DNA of 62,413 nucleotides, the filler included, from Choristocarpus tenellus KU-1152 (taxonomy: Eukaryota; Protista; Phaeophyceae), in the NCBI GenBank assembly GCA_964200185.2. It is 12 parts of 12 records of this genome, joined end to end, with 100 filler letters (N's around TTAATTAATTAA, not from the genome) between each part and the next. Parts side by side here need not be neighbours in the genome. Positions count along the whole stretch, not along the records: positions 52,368 to 56,981 come from CAXNAD020013792.1; positions 57,082 to 62,413 come from CAXNAD020011123.1; 10 more parts are not named here. The stretch is one strand, 5' to 3'. Position 1 is the first letter of the stretch, and each line of letters opens with the position of its first letter. Shown in pieces: positions 52,425 to 62,413 of the stretch. A program made the position numbers and the translations under genes. The notes below the pieces were generated by a model, which had not been told where the DNA came from, made no database searches, and worked only from the letters and a program-made list of their open reading frames with translations.

Positions 52425-54918
52425 TTTAAGAATACAAATGTCCAACAATTTCAGATTTTGTATCTCAAAAAATTGGAGGGTGCCATTTTTTTTTACCTTT
52501 TGGTTTCTGAACATTGGAAACGTACAAGATCAATGAAGTATTCCCATTCAAAAAGGGGCCTTTAAAAAGAGCCGCAATATTTACAAAAAAAAACATATCG
52601 GCACTTTTTCCGCACCATTTTCAGTCAAACCATCCTCAATAATAGTACGCTCCATCCTTAATTTTTTTAATCCACTGTTGGATCCTTATAATGCAACCCT
52701 ACCCATCTCTCAGATCGTTCGACTCATCTGACAAAAGTTAAAATTGTGCACGCGTAGCTAGCTTCTTGTGAGAAGCAACAGTATCTGTCTTCTTGAAGTA
52801 TGTATCAAAGAATTGCACGTATGTAACACTGAGTATGTGCTAAGTACTGGACACAAATATGTTTTTATTTGTGTTAGTCAGAAATATGTCCACTCAAAAG
52901 GTGGATGTTACAGTGTTGTAGTCAAGACTTGGGTGAGAGAGATGTAGTCAACTTGCCTACACCAGACCTTGAATGTACGTAGCTGGATGAAGCGCAGCAC
53001 AAGACTTCCTTTCTCTACAGCAATTCGGGACATTATCATTGAACCCCCCCTTCCACACCTCGTAATTGATATCGAAGCATCAAGTGAGACAATTAGAATA
53101 ACACCAGATACACTCAAGAGCATATTACACATCATGATAATGAAGGTATCATCAATAGCTATCGCTAGTTGCGAAGTGGTGGATGTTTACACCTATTGTC
53201 CAACACTCCCTTCTTCCCTTCCACATGCCATCCAATGATTTTTCCAAACGTTATTGACACCCCTGGCACTGCCCAACTGTGCTACTCGGGCACCTCCCCC
53301 CTCTGCCCCATTCCTGCCGATGTTGCTGGAGTGCAGGGAATTCTAGTTGGTGGAGTTTCTCTTCCTCTTTCCCCTGCAACCACAGTTCACACATCACCCC
53401 CTGTACCTTTCTGCTGTGTTGCTGGAGGACTGTGGGTACTACTTCGGACAGATACTTTCTTCTCTTTTTCAACCTGATAGTTTCCGGGGGGTTTTAACCA
53501 GGTACACATCCCCACAGCCCCTTTCCTCCTGGAGCTGTTTGAGTACTGTGACTACTGACTAGGAGAGCTTCCCTTCGCTCTGTTCTCCCAGGCACGGCCC
53601 TCTCCCCTGTTACCCACACATACCTCTGCGTATGTGAGAGTCTTCGAATACTCCATCCATGTCATAAAAAGTCGGCAGTAGCCCACTATGGTTGTTGCAA
53701 GTGAGACACAGGAATACTTCACAGGATTGTCGCAATATGCTCCTCTAGGCGCACAAAATTCTCTAGAAGGGTGGAATGCTGGAGTCAAGATGCAAAGAAA
53801 TGAATCAAACATGAAGTGCAGGGATAAGGCGCACAAGAGGGTATAGTTGCATTGGACACCCAGGAGAAAAGAAAGAGCACCTGCGCCACATGATAGATAG
53901 TCAGAGGGACAGACATCAACAAAACAGTAAGACAAATGGAGCGCAGACCACACTCCCACCTCGGTCCTTCTCGTGACGTAACTAGAGTGCAGGAGCACTT
54001 GACCGTGGATGTCACAGATAGATCCCATCAACATTTTCAGGTGCAATGAAGCCCTTATCCCCATGTTGTAGCCCATTTCTATTGTGAGGAAGTTGGGTGC
54101 AACAGCAGTCTTCATCGAAACAATTTTCTGTGGAACACACTTCCTCACACCTCAGCAGGGCCATCATCGCGATGGGGACAATGAGCGCTGACAGAGGGTC
54201 AAATAGTGCCAGCCAGACCCTGAAGAAGATAGGTCACCGAGTTTATCAAATGTCAAACCAAATCAAATATCCCTTAGGGATTCTCAACGAATCTTGAGGG
54301 TTGTATGTAGTATAGTGTTGCTAAAGAGATTGCACAGGATGCCTTTGTTTTGACGTAGGGGGCGACATCTAAGAAGCTATCAATAGAAACATTGTTCTAA
54401 TCAGTAGTGCGAGACTCTGAACTAAAAGAGTCCCCTACCCTACTTGCTGGTGAGGAATGTGTGTAATTGCTAGTTAGTAGTAGCAAGAGCTTTAATATAG
54501 GAGTATTTTGGTATGTATGGGATCAATTGCTTCCCTTCAACCAATGGCACACACACCAACACCCCTCTTGCATGGCAAGCACTACAGATTGTAGACGTGT
54601 ACTATCCTATTCATATATGTCACCACACTACAACAAGAACAGACCGAAAACGAGGTAGGAACGCTTCATTTGCCAAGCGATGCTGAGGTGGTGGATCCAG
54701 CACAAGGTTTAGGGGAGGAGACTGAGTGACATGCAGTAGAATGGCTAATCCCAAAGTGCAAGAAGCAGGGCACAAAAGGAGGCAGTACGATTTATTTTTC
54801 TTGCAACAGTAGCAGTTAGCATGAGAGGTGTTGCAGTGTGCAAATGCAGTGTGTAGTACCTCTGACCACGGGTTGGGATAGTCAGTCCTCAGACTACAGT
54901 GAAGATAATATTAATAAT

Positions 54919-55098
54919 GATCCAAAGTATCTGGGGAGGGGGGGGGGGTCTACACCAGGGTGTCCATTTGGTCCAAAACCAGGAAAAGTGCACTTTCATT
55001 GTCCATTCGACGTATGTAATCAAATCACACAAAAATCGCAACATGAAAAAATTGGCCCCAAATGGACAGCCGCCACCCCCCCCCAGATACTTTGAGCC
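54919..55098 (+). mobile_element. MITE family B, 180 bp, poly-G/poly-C subterminal tracts, TSD TAAT
   Basis: GATCCAAAGTATCTGGGG...CCCCAGATACTTTGAGCC; TAAT at 54915-54918 and 55099-55102. Other full or partial copies at about 5779-5851, 19229-19339, 26501-26532, 34972-35008, 44663-44724, 44825-44865, 50634-50916, 56774-56973, 57082-57159 and 62343-62413. Confidence 0.92.
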
Positions 55099-58000
55099 TA
55101 ATAATACTTCTGTTTAGGGGTCCCCATGACCATGCACACTTAGAGTCTATAAAGCATGCACAAGAGCGGCAAACAGTGCTCTATCCGTTACGGAAATAAA
55201 TCACATCTCATGTAAAAAAGGCCCATCCTTGCGCAATTTAAGAAGTTTGGGGTTGCTCCGGAATAGTAATAATAATACCTCAACACACATTCATAAAAAA
55301 AATTAAAAAATCTCATTATATTTACCTCATCAACAACTTAACATACATAAATACTTCATGAATACATCTTATTTTGAAACAATGAATTCATCTTATTTCG
55401 AAACAATGAAAACAGACCCGATACGTACTTAGCTATACACACAAAACAAAATATACTTCGTAAGCAGGGTAAGGTAACCAGCAAGAGGCTGTCTCCAACG
55501 GAAGATCCATTGACAGCATCAACCAGCAAGCACAGGAAACATAACTATGTTCCCGAGTCTTGGGTATTAGGTGTTGCTCAAGAACATGAAGGCTGAGAGT
55601 AGTAATACACCCCTTCACAAAGTACTCCGATATCAGAGCTCAAGTGACTGCCCCACCAAGTTACACAGCACCTATCCACTTGGGCACCAAGTCCATATGA
55701 TGCAGCTGCATGAATTCTGAATAATAACGCCTCCCAACAAACCTACCACTGCTCCAAGCTAGAAAACACCACCCATCTCCCCCCGAATGGTCTCCCTTCT
55801 TTCCCTAGATAGTTCCTTAGAGTCTTCACCATGCATTCCTTGTAAAGAGCACCCAGAGTCTTCAAGCGTCACTCTCCATGAGACTAGAGGGTTGAGCATA
55901 ACCCGCTACACACCTCCTTCTAGGGATTTACTTCATTTCAATAGTGTGGTCATGTTCTTACGAAAATGATGGTACTACGCCTACCAATAATGCCATCAGT
56001 CAGAAGGTGGTCATGTTGAAGAGTTCCAACCAGACAAAGGGTCCAGTAACCCCTCAACATCATCTCCTGCATAAACAGCTGCAAGGCTTGTGACATCAGG
56101 ATCATCAGAATCTTGCTGTGCACTGAAGATGCCGGAAGCGGCCTCGACAGCCAGGGCATGCCAGTCTTTGCCCTTGATCAGTCCATCGCGGATCTTGTGG
56201 CATCAAAAGGCCACGAATTGGCCGTCATTAAAATGACCATCAAAACGGTACAATATGATATGGGAGGGGAAACAATCAGTTGTTGAAAATTGGGTGGGAA
56301 GCAACCATCCTAAACACAATCGGAGTTGTGGGATGGGTTTTATGATATAATTAGTTTAGTACCAAAACATTCCACCCCAGGGTTAGGGTTAGGGTTAGGG
56401 TATATTATACTGAACTATGAGTACCACAGGGTTTCATCATTGTTTGTTTCCAGGAGAAAGTGCAATGAGTCGTTCCCATCTTAGGGTTAGGGTTTGGAAG
56501 AAATTAGTGCCGCTCATCTTAGGGTTAGGGTTCCAGCTATCGCATCGTGGAGACTCCTCATCACCTGAGACACCACCTCATCATCTAAAGCAGTGGCAGT
56601 CTTGATCTTGAAAATTGACAGTGATAGTTTTTTCACCCCAACACCATCATAAACCTCTAACCCTAGAAAAATCAAATGAAAAACTAAATAAAATAAAATA
56701 AAACAAACAACACCTCAGAGTGCACGTACGTTGACAGCGCAGGGGGGAGGTAAGCAATGGAAGCACCCTCTCAGGCTCAAAATTATCTGTAGGGGGGAGG
56801 GGGGGGGTTCTCTACACCAGGGTATCTATTTGGGGCAAAACTAGGAAGAGTGTACTTTCAACGTATGCAACCAAATCACCCAAAAATCGCGACATGAAAA
56901 AATTGACCCCCAAATGGAAAGCTGCCGCCACCCGACCCCCCCCCACCCACCCACCCCCAGATACTTTTGAATCCCCCCCCCNNNNNNNNNNNNNNNNNNN
57001 NNNNNNNNNNNNNNNNNNNNNNNNNTTAATTAATTAANNNNNNNNNNNNNNNNNNNNNNNNNNNNNNNNNNNNNNNNNNNNAATGCACTTTTCCAGGTAA
57101 GGGTTCGAATGGACACCCTGATGTAGACCCCCCCGCCCCCCCCCCAGATACTTTGAGCCAAATGTATTGATTCGTCCCTAGCTGGGTTGAACAGTATGTA
57201 GATGAATTAAGGAAAGAGGAAGGGGTGAGGCCTTCTGTTACAGGCGAATAGCGCGAGCATTTCTTCTCGTGTTCTAGCAAGCGCGAGCAGTATACGAGAT
57301 TCGTAGCACATAGGAAACCTTACAGAATGAATGCCGATTTCCGGGAAGTTGCAGAAAAGATTTGTCATTTGAGTACATATAAAACAGCTTGCAGATGCCT
57401 TTTGGCTCATAGTCTGTAGAAATCAGGTGGATGATGCTAATATCAGAGTGCTTTTGAGAGCCACTCAATGCACCTCTTTTTTTATTTCTTTATCGAATAA
57501 AACATAAAGTCAAGCATTAACCTAAGCACTGAGTGAAGCATTGAGAGAAGAGGGGCTGACGCCGCAAGTGGCCATCAACCGTGGAAATACCTCAATAGCG
57601 TCGTTTAAAGGTCGTTGGATTAGAGTTACACATCCTGTGGAGGTAAGCTTCTGGAGCGTGCTGTAACACTTCATCCCTGTAGGGGGGTGCCCTTGTCACC
57701 GATCAACCTTATTCGGTAGATCACTAATCACTTGTCACTCATCACCAATTGCTTGCTACGATGTTTCCTGTTCCTGAACTCTTCATTGTTCTGCTCCATT
57801 AACCTACTCCATTAACCTGTCCTTATCTTCTATCCTTCAGAACGCACCTTCTTTTCCATCAACTGATTGTTTCTTGAATAATCTACTTTCGCGCAAGAGT
57901 TGAAAGCATGTTCTTGACAATCATGGTGCTTTCAACCCAAACTGCCTGATAGATACGGACATCCTAGTCCGGCTTGGTCGAAACAAGGTGGTGAAATAGT

Positions 58001-58494
58001 GATGTAGTGAACCAATTTTGTCCTATGAATAATTTTAACTGTGTTAAATGAACGGACCATAACTGAAGGATTTCAACATACTCGGAAGTACTACTACTAG
58101 ACGTACATGGATATAGTATAGTTCAGTTTACACAACGGAGTTTAGAGAACCAGTATTCTGTAATCCCTAACAAAAAGGTTACGACACAGGTCAGATAGGT
58201 TTAAGTGTGGATTAGGTAGGGCAAAAAGGGGTGGGTAGGATAGGATGGGACGGGTGTTGGGTCCAGGGAGGTTTGGAGCATGGTCACTGTAAGCCTTACT
58301 GTAGAAAATTGGAAGGTAGAAAAAAGAGTATGCACGGAAAGTTTTGCATCCTGCTAGGGGTAGAGCAAGATCGATTGGCAAGAATATTGTTCCAATCATA
58401 TGCCCATACTATTTGGACGTAACTGTATGTGCCTTACACGTATCAGAACCTTATACATGGTTTAACGTATACCAATAATGTGTATATATATACA

Positions 58495-58757
58495 TATTAT
58501 TATGCCCTCTGACATTTTGCAGATGTGTCAGGGGAGTATATATATATTATATATTATTTTGCCCTCTGACATTTTGCAGACGTGTCAGGGGAGGGAAACC
58601 AATGAAAACTATACATATGTCATTATTAGCCCTAAAGAAATATAATATCATAATGTAAAAACACTCTAAAACACTGTGAGTGTGAAAACCACCACTAATC
58701 TATCAGTTACTTCAACACTATCAATATTATTTTATAATGCCCTCTGACATTTTGCAG
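58495..58757. repeat. Local triplication of gccctctgacattttgcag
   Basis: Copies at about 58504, 58561 and 58739; the first two continue into a.gtgtcaggggag. Confidence 0.8.
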
Positions 58758-58772
58758 TCACTCTAGGATGAT

Positions 58773-59077
58773 ACCAGTCTTAATTTCTTTGAAAGGGTTG
58801 CCCAACTATTTAAACAACCAGCATATCAAATGAAAGTTCTGAATCTAAGCTATCAGTGGCGCAAGGGATTTTTTCGGACATTTTTTGGTAAGGTTAACCT
58901 TTAACCGAATGTTTTTGACACAACCTTGGAAATGTTCCGGAATGAATTATCACGACCAAACATATTTTCCGAAAGAATTACTGTACATCTGTCAATAGCT
59001 TAGGTCCAGAGTGTTCATTAAATATGCTCATTGTCGATTAACTAGTTGGCCAACCTTTAAAAAAAATCAAGATTGGT
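58773..59077. mobile_element. Foldback or MITE element with about 85-bp imperfect inverted arms
   Basis: ccagtcttaatttctttgaaagggttgcccaactatttaa...gcatatcaaatgaaagttctgaatctaagctat pairs with atagcttaggtccagagtgttcattaaatatgc...ttaactagttggccaacctttaaaaaaaatcaagattgg. Confidence 0.7.
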
Positions 59078-59135
59078 CACCGCCAAAACGGTATGTGGGT
59101 GGACCATGGCTTAATACTGCGTAAGCCACTCACAG

Positions 59136-59468
59136 GACACGATTCTGATTGAGCGTCGTCGAGGACACTGCTTGATGCTTCCCAAGTACCACTCTGAATT
59201 GGACCCGATAGAGATGGTCTGGGGGCGGGCGAAGCACTATGTACGAGGCCACTGTGACGAAATGTTGCCTGGAATGAGATCCAACATTCCTGTCAGTCCT
59301 GAGGAAGGGGGGTTGTCCAGAGTAATTGTGGAGAGATTCTTCAAGATGAGTATTGCTTACCCCTTGATATATTCCAACGAGAAAGGCATGGAGTGCACCA
59401 AATTAGACAGGGTGTACAAGACATTTAAGTCTCACAGGAGATCAGCACCTTCAGAATATCTCACTTGA
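59136..59468 (+). mobile_element. C-terminal part of an IS630/Tc1/mariner-type DDE transposase
   Basis: ILIERRRGHCLMLPKYHSELDPIEMVWGRAKHYVR...YKTFKSHRR fits the LPKFHxELNPIExxW...KSHRR type. A CAG acceptor lies at 59133-59135. Confidence 0.8.
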
Positions 59469-60144
59469 CTTGGCATGGATTGTCTGGTTCAGAGACCTAG
59501 GCCCCCATTAGTGAGCCTTAGCCAGCAGGTGACAACATCGACAAACGGGAAATAATGGAAAGAGAATGGAGAGACTGCAATGGCTATGTTCTCCGGGTGA
59601 AGATGACCTCATCAGGCGTCAAAATCATCATAAATGCGCGGTTCGCTCGCGGACTACTTGATTTAAGTATGGTTCTGTATTTCTCACGATTATTACAAGT
59701 TGACCAACCGAGACCCATCAAAAGAGGTTAACCATGCTGATGCGATTACAACAAACATATTTTCATGAACATAATTGTTGTTGATCACAAGTTATGGCAC
59801 GACAAAGTTGATGCAGGAGGTGACTGCCAACACTGTAGGACTTTATGCATAGAAACAAGGGTGAATCGCAAAATATGAAAAAAAGGAACTTAAAATGCAA
59901 GACATCCAAAACCTGGGTACCTCTCATTTGCTTTGGCTCAAAATACTGTTGTGATACCGCCCAAACATAACAGAAGGGGGAGAGAAGGAAGATAGAGGAT
60001 CTAAAAGGGATGCGAGAAAATCAAACCAAAAAGAAAACAGGATTCAGCCAAAAGTAATGATGGAGGTGGTGGTGGTGGCTTTGGGCAACCTTACATGCTG
60101 CTCTAGTGCAACACATATAGTAACTGACCAGAATCCTTCAAATA

Positions 60145-60530
60145 ATGCCACTCTGCCAAGAAACTCGTTATGTCTTCAGTCATACAATCGTACCAGTTGT
60201 GTCGGATAGTGGTTCTTGGTGCTCCATACCTCAACGGCAATCCCAAACTCTACAAGATCGTCTCCAAGGCATGTCCACCAACACTCCTTCTGTCCACCTT
60301 TCTTCCAATTTCCGACCGCAAGCTCCCCAAACTTCAATACCTTACGAGGAAGTCGGTCATCCCCCATGTGTACAACCCACCCAGCAAAGAGAAGTCTCCG
60401 ATTACACACTGTTGTCTCGATACTCTCATACACAGTCTTCACAAGGAAACATTGTTGGACATGACATGATCGGTACATTTTCATTGTATTGGGAAAGCCT
60501 ATACAGTAGTGGAGGAGGACGCTATAGAAG
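60145..60530 (-). mobile_element. 3' end of an RTE-type non-LTR retrotransposon ORF, decayed
   Basis: ESIETTVCNRRLLFAGWVVHMGDDRLPRKVLKFGELAVGNWKKGGQKECWWTCLGDDLVEFGI matches the RTE C-terminal RRLxWAGHVxRMxDxRLPKxxxxGEL...WxDxL pattern. Confidence 0.85.
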
Positions 60531-62413
60531 ATGATGCATGAAGCAACATACCACCAATAAGAACTAACGAAATCATAAAAAAATATCACATGAAGCCATC
60601 AAGATGCATCGACCTGTAGCTCACATCCCACCCCTCACCGTTGATAGCATCACACTTCGCGGAGGACGGCCCTCAGTAGTAGAGAGGTGACATAACTAAA
60701 AAAAAAAACTATCTCTATATCACAGATATAGCGCGAGAAACGTATTTATCATTATCCATGGATATCTTCCCGTTGACCCTAACACATTGCTATGTACTTC
60801 CGCTAGTCTGCTAATAAAAAAAATTAAGCACCCTCAGGAGAAACTAATATTTTTTTATACATTGTTCTTCTCTTTTGTACATTACACGATCTCTTGAGGT
60901 GCCAAATCAATCTATTACATGACCTCCTGGAGCCTTTTCTGTATGCGGCAAACCTACTCTTTCCCTCCGGCAGTATCTCCATACTTCGTGCACTAGGGAT
61001 CATATTTCAACGATCTGTCCACAACGATTCACCCACAATACACCTAGCTTGCAACCCCCCTCTCCTCCCTCCCTGGACAAAGAAAAAAAATCACCACAAT
61101 TCTCAGCATCTTTTGCTACCCACATAGTAACAAAAGGCATGTCTCGCTGCCACGTTGTATGACCAGCTGCAAACAGAAAACCCAGAAAACTAACACATTG
61201 AAATTGTTGACGACACATTTTCCAGCAAGCAAGGCAGATAGCAATTGAACTACCTATTAAAGGGTAATGAACAAGTTATATTCAAAACACAGACATATTT
61301 CCATGGCCCCACAAAGGGCCAAGCAGCATATACACACCAACTGAGGGGGATATGCGGGTTGCTAGCCATCTCTTGCAATGCACACAACCAGTGCCAATTT
61401 CTCACCAATCACTTTTGAGTCTTGCAAGTATTGTACTTCCCATACATAAGAACAATGCATACCACGACTTCAGTTTCCCTCCTTCCACAGATGTACGTAA
61501 AACATTTCCGACATACAGGTCCAACTTGATACTTCTGAGCAAGTACAGTCACTAATTCACTAAGAGGAAAAATGCACACCTCTTCACACGTTCAGTTAAA
61601 TAAGAAAATGCATTATGTGGACATAAAGACAAAGAGTAAAACAAGAATTGATCGTGACAAACAAAGACCATATACATTAGCCCTTCCCCTCTCCCACCCC
61701 CTCCCCCACCTCTCTACTACATACACAAACACAGTAAGTTGACCTCAGGGTCACCATCACAAATGCATCCATCACAACTATTCATCTCTCTCTCTCTCCC
61801 TCTCTCTGTATGTGTGTGTGTGTGTCTATGGGGCCTTTAAGCAAAGACACTCATGTGTGTAACCACCGCTTCAATGTTGCTGATGTCGGACATTTTGAAT
61901 TGTAAGTTTTTGACACTCTTCATCACCCGAAGCTTCTGGTTCACATGTTCTTTAAACCTGTGAAAGGTGTGGCGATGCATGGGGTGGGGGGGGGCAGAAG
62001 TAAGTCAGACTAAGACAGGGGAGAGGACCCATCATAAGGAACACTCCTTCCACCATGGTGTCCATCCAAACGATATGGAGTCATGACAACATCCAACTCA
62101 TAATTTCACAGTGTCTACTTTCTAGTTTTGTTCCTCTCCTCATCTTAGAGGAAGAGATCCACACTGTAATACTTATCATACACACCAACTACAAGTTGTT
62201 TTACGTTTGCACACAAATCACTCAGGGGATAGGCTTGTATCAAAGTGTACCAAACAATGGAAGGCGCAAACAGCCACCATAAGCCCAACCTCTAGGTTCC
62301 ACACTACTACTACAATGAAAAAGGAAGTAGTCCAACCCAGTAGACCCAAAGTATCTGGGGGGGGGGGGGGGGGGGCCACCCCCGGGGTTCTCTTTTGTCC
62401 CAAAAACAGAAAA

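Larger units (their letters stand above)
5679..57081. other. Eleven artificial scaffold spacers (N44-TTAATTAATTAA-N44)
   Basis: At 5679-5778, 16348-16447, 19129-19228, 22988-23087, 26401-26500, 31705-31804, 34872-34971, 40021-40120, 44725-44824, 52268-52367 and 56982-57081. The linker has stops in all six frames. Confidence 0.97.

Noticed and set aside
53170-54300. 198-aa ORF that may be a LINE remnant
   Set aside because: Resemblance to RT is too faint to support by eye.

Overview
Eukaryotic, intron-rich, repeat-rich genomic DNA, most consistent with a brown alga or close stramenopile (spliced EsV-1-7 repeat gene, flagellar DRC5/TCTE1, interstitial TTAGGG tracts). It is a scaffold of 12 contigs joined by eleven 100-bp N44-TTAATTAATTAA-N44 spacers of unknown true size. 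Host genes, all partial and rebuilt by hand from splice sites with matching exon phases: a low-complexity gene (minus, about 264-5473), an EsV-1-7 repeat plus AT-hook gene (plus, 5978-15326), the N-terminus of MetAP1 (minus, 16694-18455) and DRC5/TCTE1 LRR exons (minus, 35875-39743). Mobile DNA: an intron-containing Sola-type DDD transposase (23088-26400, with a matching N-terminal piece at 19340-19770), Gypsy pol remnants, an IS630/Tc1-type transposase end, an RTE-type LINE end, three related MITE families (two with 4-bp TSDs) and a foldback element. The top candidate for an undescribed system is 19340-26400: a decayed Sola-like transposase head-to-head with a decayed, spliced ParB/Srx-fold gene (DGNHR motif), separated by an array of about 172-bp repeats and a long palindrome. 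All family calls are motif recognition by eye; no database search was run.
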